From Clostridiales bacterium (GTDB lineage: Bacteria; Bacillota; Clostridia; Oscillospirales; Oscillospiraceae): 64,000 bases of DNA. The DNA is taken from positions 150,786 to 214,785 of the forward strand of contig SFEX01000001.1 in assembly GCA_004557075.1 (NCBI GenBank), in the 5' to 3' direction. Position 1 is the stretch's first letter; the number at the start of each line of letters is the position of its first letter. Of the stretch, positions 1 through 9,568 are shown one piece after another. The notes below the pieces were generated by a model. The model was given only the letters and a program-made list of their open reading frames with translations. It did not search any database and was not told where the DNA came from. The position numbers were made by a program, and so were the translations under genes.

Positions 1-28
1 AAAAAAGACGGGAAAACCCGTCTTTTTT
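1..28 (-). terminator. Rho-independent terminator after spoIIIAH (bidirectional hairpin)
   Basis: GACGGG-aaaa-CCCGTC stem-loop at 7-22. It is flanked by A6 (1-6) and T6 (23-28) and overlaps the stop codon of ORF 27-569. Confidence 0.7.
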
Positions 29-569
29 ATGCCGATACCCCGATAACGTGAAGTTGAGCCGCAGTATAAGCGGTTTCGCTGGTCACAGCTTCGGTTATTC
101 TTGCCACGGCCGCTTCGCTCAACCCCTCTGCCGGAGCCGGAACCGCGACCGTTATTGAATCCTCGCTCATGTAAACAACGCAGTCGGAAAAATCCTTTGC
201 CAGCAGCTTATTTTCAAGCTGAGATTCCTTCATCGAATAATTTGCCATCGCGGAGATAGCATTCATTGCCGAGTCGATGGTCTCCTGTGAGGCGGATTCA
301 GACGCCACGGCATCCTCCAACAGCTTCATAGCCTCGTCGCGTGATACCTGCCTGTTTAATCTTGCCTCGGCGAAGTAGCCCGACGATGAACCGGAGGTAT
401 TTGCGGCTTCATACGCCTCGTTTGCCGCTTCCATGGCCGCGTCTTCGGCTTTTACCATTGCCGAGTCTGCTTTGCCCCACTGATTGTTATATGACCAGTT
501 TAAATATACCGCTGCGCAGACGAGCAGCAGAACTGCGGCAATAGTGACATTTCTTTTAAGATTTTTCAT
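27..569 (-). CDS. spoIIIAH: Stage III sporulation protein AH
   Basis: Last gene of an 8-gene spoIIIA-ordered operon. N-terminal TM helix (VTIAAVLLLVCAAVYL) followed by the YFAEARLNRQVSRDEAMKLL segment typical of SpoIIIAH/YscJ-like proteins. Confidence 0.75.
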   Translation of the reverse strand: MKNLKRNVTIAAVLLLVCAAVYLNWSYNNQWGKADSAMVKAEDAAMEAANEAYEAANTSGSSSGYFAEARLNRQVSRDEAMKLLEDAVASESASQETIDSAMNAISAMANYSMKESQLENKLLAKDFSDCVVYMSEDSITVAVPAPAEGLSEAAVARITEAVTSETAYTAAQLHVIGVSA

Positions 570-570
570 T

Positions 571-915
571 TTACCCTCCTATATTCAGCGCAGTTTTCAA
601 AACTTGTATCCTGTCGCTTGAAAAGCCCGTGAAAGCTTCGACCGCCTTGATTATTGAAAGTCTCACCTCCGGCTTTTCAGCTCCGTCGCAAACAATTACG
701 GCTCCGTTTTCAGAAAGCAGCACCTTCGCCTCACCTACCCCCTCGCATTTCTCAAGCACCGCTTCAAGCCTTGTCTCGCTGTCGTCAGACGCAGCATCCG
801 GCTCCGCAGCGCTGCTTTTTCCCGTCGGTATGAGCATTATGACAAGCCCCAGCAGTAGCGCAAGTAAAGGATATTTATATTTGTCGATCTGCTTTTTTAT
901 CTTCTCACTATTCAT
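571..915 (-). CDS. spoIIIAG: Stage III sporulation protein AG (short form)
   Basis: Operon position. N-terminal TM helix, then LEAVLEKCEGVGEAKVLL...GAVIVCDGA, which matches the SpoIIIAG ring-forming domain pattern. Confidence 0.7.
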   Translation of the reverse strand: MNSEKIKKQIDKYKYPLLALLLGLVIMLIPTGKSSAAEPDAASDDSETRLEAVLEKCEGVGEAKVLLSENGAVIVCDGAEKPEVRLSIIKAVEAFTGFSSDRIQVLKTALNIGG

Positions 916-1402
916 TTGACTCGCTCCATTGCTGTTTATCTGCGCTTATCCCAAGCTCCGCTTCGATAAACGAGCTCACTCTCTCCCTCTGTGCCTGACT
1001 AAAATTTCCCTTTATTTGCGCTTCCGCAGGATACCAGTATCCTTCATCGCTCCAAACGGCCAGGACCTCTATCTCGTCAAGCTGTGCTCCTAAACTTTCG
1101 GCTTTGTCCAATATATATGCTTCGCACTCATCCTCTATGATAGTGCGGTTCAAATTTTTGCTGTAGCTTTCTCCATCCGCCGCAAAGGATTCCGCCTCAA
1201 TTTTAAACCCCGCCATGGCTTCCGAGTAGCTTTCAAAGTCAATTCCGCTAAGCGGAGATATAAACGCAACGCACATTGCCACGCCGCAGAGTATTGTCAG
1301 CGCCTTTTTTACTCTGCCGCCTGGAGCAATAACGAGCGCTATGCCGCATATCAGCCCTGTGTATATAACGGCATGGAGCCATGATTGAAGTGCCTCCGTC
1401 AT
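908..1402 (-). CDS. spoIIIAF: Stage III sporulation protein AF
   Basis: Operon position. Two N-terminal TM helices followed by a soluble domain. Overlaps the spoIIIAG start by 8 nt. Confidence 0.7.
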   Translation of the reverse strand: MTEALQSWLHAVIYTGLICGIALVIAPGGRVKKALTILCGVAMCVAFISPLSGIDFESYSEAMAGFKIEAESFAADGESYSKNLNRTIIEDECEAYILDKAESLGAQLDEIEVLAVWSDEGYWYPAEAQIKGNFSQAQRERVSSFIEAELGISADKQQWSESNE

Positions 1403-2454
1403 TATCCGCCCACCGCCTTTATTGAAATTCCGATAGAAATAAACAGGATCACAGCGCAGCAGCCTATAAGCCCGAGCAGCATCCCTATTGCGCCTGCTAT
1501 GCCGTCTGTCAGAGTCGAGAGCTTATCTGCTCTGAATACCTGTATAAGTGCCGCCGCGACCTTATATGTAAGATAATTTATCGCCATTACAGCAAACGGC
1601 GCAATGCATATTGCCAGCACGGCGAGCATGCCAAACACGCCTAAAGTATTTCTCAGCGCCTCCGCTCCCGCGACAACCGTCGAGGCCGCGTCGGATATTA
1701 TGCTGCCCACGACCGGAAGCGCTGTTGATATGGCCGTTTTCGTAAACTTCGAGGCGACCGCATCGCCGCCCGAGGCAATGACCGAACTGAAGCTGATATA
1801 GGCTGTGAACGCAAGGGCTATAAGCGTCATAAGCGACGTGCCAAGCCATTTTATCAGCTTTGAAACACTCATGAGGCTTTTGCTATTAATTGAGACGGCC
1901 GCGATGTGAACGGCCAGATATGCGTATATAAGCGGCATGATGATATATTGAGCCGTCGTCACGAACGCGTCCATGAAAAGCACCGACGCCGCATATTTTG
2001 CGGTTGCCGAGCCGATAGTTCCGCATGCCGCACCGGCTGTGCACATGGCAGGAAGCAATGCTTTGGAAAAAACTGATATGGAGTTTAGCACATCGGCGCT
2101 CGAATTTATGAATGAATTAACCTCCGAAACGCTTATTACAGCAATTGCCGCGCAGCCGCCAAGCGATACATAGTCCGGCGTATCGTCGGAAAATATATTC
2201 AGAACTGAGCAGATCACGGTAACTGCGATGATGGCCACAGCCTTTTTAAGCGCAGACCCGAGATTATCCGACACGCTGCTTTTAAGCTCATCTATGATCC
2301 CTTCAAGGCCGCCTTCGGCGTCATCGCCGCTTTCAATCAAATCTTCGGCATACTCGGGAAGCGCATCCCGAAGCTCAGCTTCATCATACATCTCAGCGTA
2401 GCAGGAACCTGTCAGCAGAAGCGCAAATATCATTATCAGCAGGAGCTTTTTCAT
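1402..2454 (-). CDS. spoIIIAE: Stage III sporulation protein AE (polytopic membrane protein)
   Basis: 350 aa with a signal peptide and multiple TM helices. Operon position between AD and AF. Confidence 0.8.
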   Translation of the reverse strand: MKKLLLIMIFALLLTGSCYAEMYDEAELRDALPEYAEDLIESGDDAEGGLEGIIDELKSSVSDNLGSALKKAVAIIAVTVICSVLNIFSDDTPDYVSLGGCAAIAVISVSEVNSFINSSADVLNSISVFSKALLPAMCTAGAACGTIGSATAKYAASVLFMDAFVTTAQYIIMPLIYAYLAVHIAAVSINSKSLMSVSKLIKWLGTSLMTLIALAFTAYISFSSVIASGGDAVASKFTKTAISTALPVVGSIISDAASTVVAGAEALRNTLGVFGMLAVLAICIAPFAVMAINYLTYKVAAALIQVFRADKLSTLTDGIAGAIGMLLGLIGCCAVILFISIGISIKAVGG

Positions 2455-2837
2455 ACGAGTTCACCAATTATTTCAATAAGTGATTTTATCAGAGGCAGCG
2501 CCGTAAACACGGCGGCAGCAGCGCCCAAAACGTCTACTGCGGACGCTATACCCGCTTGTCCGGCGTCTTTGCACAGGCTTGCGCTTATGTTTACAATTAT
2601 GGCTATGCCCACGCATTTGATTATCGGCAAAAATATAGCGGAGCTAAGGCCGGATTTGCTTATGGCATAGCGTATCAGATCGGAGATGCTTCCAAAAAGC
2701 TCCGCCGCCGCGATGCATATAACTGCCGAGGCCGCGATCGCAATTACAAGGCCGATCTCCTGATTGCTTTTTTTAATAAGAAGGGCGCATACGGCTGATA
2801 TTATTCCGACCGCCGCACCTTTTATGACGATGTCCAT
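2451..2837 (-). CDS. spoIIIAD: Stage III sporulation protein AD
   Basis: 128-aa four-TM protein. Operon position. Confidence 0.75.
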   Translation of the reverse strand: MDIVIKGAAVGIISAVCALLIKKSNQEIGLVIAIAASAVICIAAAELFGSISDLIRYAISKSGLSSAIFLPIIKCVGIAIIVNISASLCKDAGQAGIASAVDVLGAAAAVFTALPLIKSLIEIIGELV

Positions 2838-3031
2838 TACAGTTGAAATAAGGTCTTTATAAGCCCGAACAGCTCGCTTATTTTCTGCACTACTACAATT
2901 AAAACGACAACAAGCGCGGCTATCGTTGTCATGAGCGCCTGTTCGTCTCTGCCGGAGCGGGTAAGCAGGATATTCAGCACCGCTACCAAAATGCCCACTG
3001 CCGCAATTTTAAATATAAGATCGATCTCCAT
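2837..3031 (-). CDS. spoIIIAC: Stage III sporulation protein AC
   Basis: 64-aa two-TM protein (MEIDLIFKIAAVGILVAVL...). Operon position. Confidence 0.75.
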   Translation of the reverse strand: MEIDLIFKIAAVGILVAVLNILLTRSGRDEQALMTTIAALVVVLIVVVQKISELFGLIKTLFQL

Positions 3032-3043
3032 TTTTCCTCCGTA

Positions 3044-3553
3044 TCACATCAGCATGATGGCTATTATAAGGCCTGTCCCGCTGCTTATGCCTATGTACAT
3101 TCTTTTGCAGGCGCTCAGTCCGGCTTTATGCTCCTGCTGCTCCTGCGACAGTATTGCCATGCACCGCTCTATTGCCGCGCACTGCATATCCGCATCGTAC
3201 CTTCCAAGGCTGCTGCCGAGGCTCTTTACGGCGGCAGTCGCGGCGGGCGAAAGCTGCGGCAGATACATGTCCGCACAGCCGAACCATATCTCGGAGAACG
3301 AGCGCTCCCCTAAAGCGTCAAGCCGCTCCGCCACGCCGGACACAAACGGGATTACCGGCTTTGCAGCGCCATGCTCCAGCACTCTGAGCACCTCGTCCAT
3401 TGGGGCCTTTCTCGTGCATATCTCGCCTTTTGCTATCTCAAGCATCGAGATAAGCGCCAAATAGCATCGTTCGGTGTTTTCAAGTGCGCGAGCCTTATTT
3501 ATTCCAATCACCGAGCATGCCACAACTATGATAACCGCTCCAAGCCAGTTCAT
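3044..3553 (-). CDS. spoIIIAB: Stage III sporulation protein AB
   Basis: 169 aa with TM helices at the N and C termini. Operon position after spoIIIAA. Confidence 0.75.
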   Translation of the reverse strand: MNWLGAVIIVVACSVIGINKARALENTERCYLALISMLEIAKGEICTRKAPMDEVLRVLEHGAAKPVIPFVSGVAERLDALGERSFSEIWFGCADMYLPQLSPAATAAVKSLGSSLGRYDADMQCAAIERCMAILSQEQQEHKAGLSACKRMYIGISSGTGLIIAIMLM

Positions 3554-3580
3554 GTCATATCTCCATTGTGAATTTTCACA

Positions 3581-4444
3581 CTATATCTCCTCGTATGAAT
3601 AGCTGCGAACACCGCAGCAGCTTTTTATAACGATCAGGCTGCCAAACATCCCATGCTCAAGCAGCTTTTTATATATCGGCCTCACTTGCAGCTCAGACCT
3701 ACCGGCGGCATGGGCAGTCGCTATGATCCGAACCCCACAGCCGGACGCCGTTTCGGCAGCTCCGATATCCTCGGGCGAGCTTATCTCGTCCATGGCGATG
3801 ACTTGCGGATTCATGGCCCTCAGCAGCATCATGACCGCCTGAGCCTTTGGAACGTCGGACATGACATCGCTGCTTTTTCCAAGGTCAAACTGCGGTATAC
3901 CTCTGTAAACGGCGGCTAACTCCCCCCGCTCGTCGGCAACCGATACTCTCTGCCCGGCGTCGGACATCTGCCTTATACACTCGCGCAGAAATGTGGTTTT
4001 GCCGTATCCGGGCGGCGATAAGATAAGCACATTGCCGGATGATGCCGCCAGCCTGTCAATTACCGCTTGTCCGCAGCCTCTGATCTCATGGGGGATTCTT
4101 ATCGCCAGCGAGCTTATAGCCCGCATTCCCCTGACCTCTCCCCTATCTATAACGCCTGTCCCGCAAAGTCCGATCCTGATACCTCCAGAGCAGTTTATGA
4201 AGCCTTTGGCGATGCTGCTTTGGGCCGTATGTACCGAAGCGCTCGTTGCCCGCTCTACCACGCAGTTTAAATCATCGCTGCCGACCAAGGCATCAGATAT
4301 CGGCGTCTCCACACCCTTTACAAGCGCGGTTGCCCGCCGGCCGGCTCTGAGGCGAAGTTCCTCCGCCTCAGACGCCAATATGCGGGATTGTGTCGTTAGC
4401 AGCCGCTGCGGCAGCAGCTCGATAGCTTTTTCATATGTGTTCAT
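3581..4444 (-). CDS. spoIIIAA: Stage III sporulation protein AA (secretion-type ATPase)
   Basis: Walker A SPPGYGKTT and Walker B-like VIAMDE. First gene of the spoIIIA operon. Confidence 0.85.
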   Translation of the reverse strand: MNTYEKAIELLPQRLLTTQSRILASEAEELRLRAGRRATALVKGVETPISDALVGSDDLNCVVERATSASVHTAQSSIAKGFINCSGGIRIGLCGTGVIDRGEVRGMRAISSLAIRIPHEIRGCGQAVIDRLAASSGNVLILSPPGYGKTTFLRECIRQMSDAGQRVSVADERGELAAVYRGIPQFDLGKSSDVMSDVPKAQAVMMLLRAMNPQVIAMDEISSPEDIGAAETASGCGVRIIATAHAAGRSELQVRPIYKKLLEHGMFGSLIVIKSCCGVRSYSYEEI

Positions 4445-4453
4445 CTCATTTAC

Positions 4454-5944
4454 CTACCTGACAATGGGTATCAGAAGAAGTCTGCCGCAGGCGCATTCAT
4501 CATCCTCAAGGCTGTTTATCTCTTTTATGAGCCTTACGTCCGAGCCGTATTTTTTTGCAATGCTCCACAGGTCTCCATCCAAAGCTTTGCACATATAAAC
4601 AGAGGCTCCGGCTCTGCTGCCCGGCTCGCAGGCTTCCGCATTAATATCGTTTATCATGCTGACGCTGGAGTGGGTGGCGGTAGAGAACTCGGCTTCGATA
4701 CTTACCGTAATACTTATAAGAGTTTCGTCCGCTCTTGCCGAAGCCTTTACGCTTTTTATGCGGGCAGACTCAAGCTCGCTCCCCTCGTCTGCCTGATATG
4801 GTATCTCCGCAGTACCGCGCACCCTGCACGAGCGCAGCGCTCCTTCACTGTCCTCATATACTATATCCGCCGTCACGGGAACGGATATCTGGCTGTCGGA
4901 AATATCAACGGCAGAGCATGACGCGCGCGAGAAAAGTATCCTGTTGGCGCCGTAATCGGTGTTGTACGACAGCGATAGGCTCTCGCTTCCCCTCGTACAC
5001 GAGGCGCTCTGCAAATATTGAAACTCCATTTTATCTATGCCAAGCTCCATGCCGCAGGCATATGCATCCTCTATGTAGCTTATGTGCTGCTGTTCGGTGC
5101 ATATGATCTGTATAACTCCGCGAATATCAGCAGCGAGCTTTTCACCCAATGGCTCGAAGTATTGACCTGTTACCATGCATGCGGCGCGGACGTTTGGTTC
5201 TTTTACATCCTCCGGAAGCTCAAATAGCTGTGAAAAACCTATGCTGAACGCTGCCATCTCGGGAACCGAGGATACGATATACAGCGCTTCTATCTCCGCA
5301 CGGCCTTTTACGATAAGCTTGCTGCCTATGACCTCGCTGCTATCAACAGTGATGCTTGAGCAAGCGGATATGAATTCGCCGTTTTGTATGTTATCGGGAA
5401 GCTGAAGATCTTCCTCAAGGCTCAGCATCTTCTCGGTTGCAAGAACTATTCCCTGATAATCCACTTCGCCCGGCTTTATAAACAGCTTCTCGGTAGTTGT
5501 GTCCGGGGCCTCCGCCCACGCCATGTCGAGATATTTATAGCAGCTTTGCGTTATGCAGATATCCGCGCTTACCGATACCTTCCGGGGATTTACCGTCTTT
5601 ACGTCAATGTTTAATACGGAAGTATCTATTATAGATACGCTTGTGCTGTCAGCGCCGGGAGCATCGAGCCTTAGCTCAAACGGTATAACCGTGCTGATAG
5701 TCTGTATGCCGTCACCGGTCTCGGGGATATAGAGGACCGTTACATCCAACTCTCCGCCAACTAAAACGCAGTCCTGCTCAACGTTTTTTGACCTTATCCT
5801 GCACTGATGAGTGCAGCTAAGTATCCGCAGGATATCCTCTAAAGTGTCCGGTACAACTATATCCTCCTTTAGCTCTTTTGCTGACTGAGTGCAGCACAGC
5901 TTTTTATATGCGCTTTTCTCTCTGTTTTTAAGTTCAATTTTCAT
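4454..5944 (-). CDS. DUF3794-type repeat protein with C-terminal LysM domain (SafA-like spore-associated protein)
   Basis: The C-terminus YMCKALDGDLWSIAKKYGSDVRLIKEINSL...LLLIP is a LysM motif. I start the gene at the internal ATG (MKIELKN) because AAGGAAGG lies 7-14 nt upstream. The longer ORF-track start (6037) would overlap the upstream small ORF. Confidence 0.6.
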   Translation of the reverse strand: MKIELKNREKSAYKKLCCTQSAKELKEDIVVPDTLEDILRILSCTHQCRIRSKNVEQDCVLVGGELDVTVLYIPETGDGIQTISTVIPFELRLDAPGADSTSVSIIDTSVLNIDVKTVNPRKVSVSADICITQSCYKYLDMAWAEAPDTTTEKLFIKPGEVDYQGIVLATEKMLSLEEDLQLPDNIQNGEFISACSSITVDSSEVIGSKLIVKGRAEIEALYIVSSVPEMAAFSIGFSQLFELPEDVKEPNVRAACMVTGQYFEPLGEKLAADIRGVIQIICTEQQHISYIEDAYACGMELGIDKMEFQYLQSASCTRGSESLSLSYNTDYGANRILFSRASCSAVDISDSQISVPVTADIVYEDSEGALRSCRVRGTAEIPYQADEGSELESARIKSVKASARADETLISITVSIEAEFSTATHSSVSMINDINAEACEPGSRAGASVYMCKALDGDLWSIAKKYGSDVRLIKEINSLEDDECACGRLLLIPIVR

Positions 5945-6008
5945 ATTGGCTCCGCCTTCCTTGTTTTCACTGTTTGTACAAACTATGCAGCCGCTCGGGG
6001 CATTATTA

Positions 6009-6161
6009 CTACTTGCATCTGTGAAGCCAGATTCCAAAGCAGATAAGCCCCGCCGCTAAAATAAACCACCAGAAATTAGTCGGCAGTATCAGCGCCAGTA
6101 TTATTATTACGCCGCCCACAATGGCTATGGTTGCGAGCAGAGAAGATGGATCCTTACGCAA
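6009..6161 (-). CDS. Possible 50-aa two-TM membrane peptide
   Basis: TTG start. Product (M)RKDPSSLLATIAIVGGVIIILALILPTNFWWFILAAGLICFGIWLHRCK has two clean hydrophobic helices. Its only SD (GGGAGG) is part of the upstream terminator stem, so expression is uncertain. Confidence 0.3.
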   Translation of the reverse strand: MRKDPSSLLATIAIVGGVIIILALILPTNFWWFILAAGLICFGIWLHRCK

Positions 6162-6209
6162 AAAACCGCCTCCCGCACAAGCGTTTGTAAAACACTATGC
6201 GGGAGGCGG
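6160..6209 (-). terminator. Rho-independent terminator after rsgA
   Basis: 12-bp stem CCGCCTCCCGCA / TGCGGGAGGCGG (6166-6177 with 6198-6209), followed on the minus strand by T6. Confidence 0.75.
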
Positions 6210-6221
6210 CCCGAGTATTCT

Positions 6222-7100
6222 TTATTTATTTTCCCAGAACTTGTTCTGGGCGCTGAGATCATACAGTCTCTTATACGACTGATACCGGCTAAGCGGTATA
6301 GCCCCGCTGTTTACGGCTTCAATAACCGCACAGCCCGGTTCTTTCAGATGCGCGCAGTCGGAGAACCGGCACCGGCCGATACAGCTTCCAAACTCTCTGA
6401 AATCATATTGCAGCTCATGTTTGTCTATCGTCTGCATCATTTCTATCTCAAAAGAGGCAAAACCCGGGGTATCCGCGATAAATGTATCCTCTCCAACGGA
6501 AAACAGCTCAACGTGGCGCGTGGTATGTCTGCCGCGTCCGAGCTTCTCGCTGACCTCGCCGACTTCAAGCCGGAGTTCCGGAACAATGGCATTTAAAATG
6601 CTCGATTTTCCCACACCGGAATTGCCTGTAAAAGCGCATATCTTGCCCCTCAGAGCGTCCCTTAGCCGCTCAATGCCGCTGCCGTTGGCGGCGCTGACCC
6701 TGTAAGTTTCAAAGCCCGACGAGGTATAAATATCATAAAGCTCGTTTGCCATATCTATATCCGTCTTGTTTATGCAGACGATCAGCTCGCATCCGGCTTC
6801 CTCTGCTATGACGGAGACTCTGTCTATCAAAAACGGGTCGGTGACGGGATTGGTATTTGCCGCGATAAACACAAGGGCGTCAATATTTGCGACCGCCGGG
6901 CGGATGAAAAAGTTCTTTCTGTCATGGACTTTTTCAATATATCCCTTTCCGTTTCCGCTAAGTGCAAAGCTGACCCTGTCCCCCACCAGAGGCGACGTCC
7001 CGTCAAGGCGGAATTTCCCTCTCGCCCTGCATTCGTATACGGAGTTTTCGGCGCTGACATAGTAAAAACCGCTGAGCGCTTTGATTATTGTACCGTTCAT
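6222..7100 (-). CDS. rsgA: Ribosome small-subunit-dependent GTPase A
   Basis: G1 motif GNSGVGKSS and C-terminal zinc knuckle CRFSDCAHLKEPGC. Conserved position after prkC. Confidence 0.9.
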   Translation of the reverse strand: MNGTIIKALSGFYYVSAENSVYECRARGKFRLDGTSPLVGDRVSFALSGNGKGYIEKVHDRKNFFIRPAVANIDALVFIAANTNPVTDPFLIDRVSVIAEEAGCELIVCINKTDIDMANELYDIYTSSGFETYRVSAANGSGIERLRDALRGKICAFTGNSGVGKSSILNAIVPELRLEVGEVSEKLGRGRHTTRHVELFSVGEDTFIADTPGFASFEIEMMQTIDKHELQYDFREFGSCIGRCRFSDCAHLKEPGCAVIEAVNSGAIPLSRYQSYKRLYDLSAQNKFWENK

Positions 7101-8834
7101 TTATCCCTCGCCGCCCTGTCCGGAGGAGATTTGAATATATATCTTCGTATGCTCCTGGACAGACTCGCCCGCGCTTTGGCTCTGCCATACGACAGTGCCC
7201 GCCTCAAGCTCGCTGTCAACCGTTGTAATAGAGCCGACGCTTAGATTGCTGCCTTCGATTTTTGAGACGGCTGCATCCTTAGACAGCCCCATGAGCTGCG
7301 GGACGGTAGTCATTTTGACCTCCGGGCCGCTGCTTATTATTATGCTCACCGAAGAGCCAGACTGGGCTTTTTCCCCTGCGGAGGGCTCCGTGTTTATTAC
7401 ATATCCCTTAGTGATGCTCGAAGAAGGCGCTTCACTTATAGAATATGTGAAACCGGCATCCTGAATGATGCTTATTGCCTCATCACGGCTTTTATTTACT
7501 AAATTAGGGATTAACTGCTCCTTGCGCTGGTCGTCGGGAAGTTCCTCACCTGCGCTGATCACAAGCTCCACCTCTATCTTCTCGCTCTTTTCGCTAACGG
7601 ATCTGCTTTGCCCCTCCTCCGGACTCTGCGAGAGGATTATACCGTACTCATGCTCAAGATCGACCTTGAAAGTAAGCGTGAACTTAAAGTTTTTATCATA
7701 ATCCCCATCGTTTATAACATCCTCATAGTATCTGCCGACAAAGCCTGGAATGTCGATCTTCACAGGTTCGGAGAACAGGTCTTTGAGAAAATATCCGTTT
7801 ATAAATACAAATACAAGGATTATGAATATCAGAACCGCAAAAATTCCGGAGCTGAAAGCAATTTTTCTGCTTCGTCTGCTTTTTCTGCTTCCGGGCTTAG
7901 CTTCATCCGGCGCATCGTCGCCCTCGATGAGTATAGCCTCCGATGTATCGCTGTCCTCAAGCAATTTGGCGGCAATGCTCTGTTTACGAAAAGCCTCGAG
8001 GTCATCCAGAAGCTCCGCCGCTGTCTGATAGCGGGAATCAATATCCGCATCCATCGCCTTGAGGCATATGCGCTCAAGCTCCTCCGGTATCTCGGGAACA
8101 ATGGCTCGCGGCGGCTCAGGCACGGTATTCATATGCATGACCGCGACCTCAGCCTCGGAATTGCCTATATAGGGCAGCTTGCCCGTAAGCATCTCATAGA
8201 TAACGATACCGAGAGAGTATATATCGCTCCTTGCGTCCGGCGCTGCACCCCTCGCCTGCTCAGGCGCAATGTAATGCACCGAGCCGACAGTCTCGCCGCT
8301 GCTCTCTTCAATATCGTTCTGAAGAGAAGCGATACCGAAGTCGGCAACTTTTATCATGCCGTCCTTTAACAGCATTATGTTCTGCGGCTTTATGTCTCTG
8401 TGAATAATGCCCTTATTATGCGCATGGTCAAGAGCTTTCGCAATCTGCGTAGTGAAATTGACAGCCTCGTCCGGGCTTAAAGCCCCGGTCTTCTGCATAT
8501 ACTGCTTCAGAGTTATTCCGTCAACAAGCTCCATCACGATATATTCAACGTCATCACTGTGGCTTACGTCATATACCGAGACGATATTCGGGTGAGAAAG
8601 CATGGCTACAGCCTGAGACTCCGCCCTGAATCTTTTTCTGAACTCCTCGTTCTCCGCAGTCTCATCACGCATTATTTTAACGGCGTCATAGCGGTTGAGC
8701 CGATGGCACAGCGCTTTATACACATATGCCATACCTCCCGCTCCGATAAGCTCGATCAGCTCGTAGCGGCCGTCAAGCATCATGCCTATATATTTTTCAG
8801 CACTATTTTCCATAAAAGCACCTTTAAATATCAA
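7101..8834 (-). CDS. prkC: Ser/Thr protein kinase with three PASTA repeats
   Basis: Motifs HRDIKPQNIML and VADFGIA, a central TM helix, and three C-terminal PASTA-like repeats. The start is either TTG at 8834, overlapping the stp stop, or ATG at 8813 (MENSAEK). Confidence 0.9.
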   Translation of the reverse strand: MIFKGAFMENSAEKYIGMMLDGRYELIELIGAGGMAYVYKALCHRLNRYDAVKIMRDETAENEEFRKRFRAESQAVAMLSHPNIVSVYDVSHSDDVEYIVMELVDGITLKQYMQKTGALSPDEAVNFTTQIAKALDHAHNKGIIHRDIKPQNIMLLKDGMIKVADFGIASLQNDIEESSGETVGSVHYIAPEQARGAAPDARSDIYSLGIVIYEMLTGKLPYIGNSEAEVAVMHMNTVPEPPRAIVPEIPEELERICLKAMDADIDSRYQTAAELLDDLEAFRKQSIAAKLLEDSDTSEAILIEGDDAPDEAKPGSRKSRRSRKIAFSSGIFAVLIFIILVFVFINGYFLKDLFSEPVKIDIPGFVGRYYEDVINDGDYDKNFKFTLTFKVDLEHEYGIILSQSPEEGQSRSVSEKSEKIEVELVISAGEELPDDQRKEQLIPNLVNKSRDEAISIIQDAGFTYSISEAPSSSITKGYVINTEPSAGEKAQSGSSVSIIISSGPEVKMTTVPQLMGLSKDAAVSKIEGSNLSVGSITTVDSELEAGTVVWQSQSAGESVQEHTKIYIQISSGQGGEG

Positions 8835-9568
8835 ATCTTCACAAGCACAACGGTCACATTGTCCCGCGCGCCGCGCTCAAGCGCAATAGCCATAAGCTCA
8901 TTGCAGGTTTCTTCCGGGGAACTGTGCTTAGTAAAGCACTCGTGCATCTCCTTATCGGAAACCATGTTGCTCAATCCGTCGGAGCACAGGAGTATACCTT
9001 CTCCCAACTTGAGCGGACATTCAAAATAGTCGCATTCGACCGTTCTGTCAACGCCGAGAGCGCGGGTGATGATGTTCTTTTTCTGATGCGTTGCCGCTTC
9101 TTCGCGCGTTATAGCACCCATGCGGACAAGCTCTTCAACATATGAATGGTCGCAGGTTATCTGCCTTATCCCGTTTTTGCTCAGGTGGTAGGCTCTGCTG
9201 TCCCCGACATTGACGAGGAAAGCCTTCCTTCGGGTGATTATTCCGCCGACAAGGGTGGTTCCCATGCCGTTATAGTTTGCGTCAAAGCGAGAATACTCAT
9301 AGACAACTCCGTTTGCGTCGGCACAGCTTTCGCGCAGAAGCTTCTCCTGATTGCCCATGAAAAAGCGCGGCGCTACAAGGGTCTCAAATATTCTGCTGAC
9401 AAATTCCTTGCTGGAAAGGCGGCTTGCAAGGTCGCCGGCCTTGGCTCCTCCCATGCCGTCGCATATGACCGCAACGACGCTCTTACGCTTATCACAGTTT
9501 TCAATAATATAACTGTCCTGATTTTCGCTTCTGACTTTTCCCCTGTCAGTAATGCCGAAACTTCTCAT
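8831..9568 (-). CDS. stp: PP2C-family Ser/Thr phosphatase
   Basis: Motifs ITDRGKVRSENQD and CDGMGG. Paired with prkC. Confidence 0.9.
   Translation of the reverse strand: MRSFGITDRGKVRSENQDSYIIENCDKRKSVVAVICDGMGGAKAGDLASRLSSKEFVSRIFETLVAPRFFMGNQEKLLRESCADANGVVYEYSRFDANYNGMGTTLVGGIITRRKAFLVNVGDSRAYHLSKNGIRQITCDHSYVEELVRMGAITREEAATHQKKNIITRALGVDRTVECDYFECPLKLGEGILLCSDGLSNMVSDKEMHECFTKHSSPEETCNELMAIALERGARDNVTVVLVKI

Noticed and set aside
5945-6037. N-terminal 31-codon extension of the DUF3794/LysM ORF
   Set aside because: No SD precedes it, and it overlaps the small TM ORF. The internal ATG at 5944 has a good AAGGAAGG SD.
7608-8369. 253-aa plus-strand ORF
   Set aside because: It is antisense to prkC, whose kinase motifs are on the minus strand.
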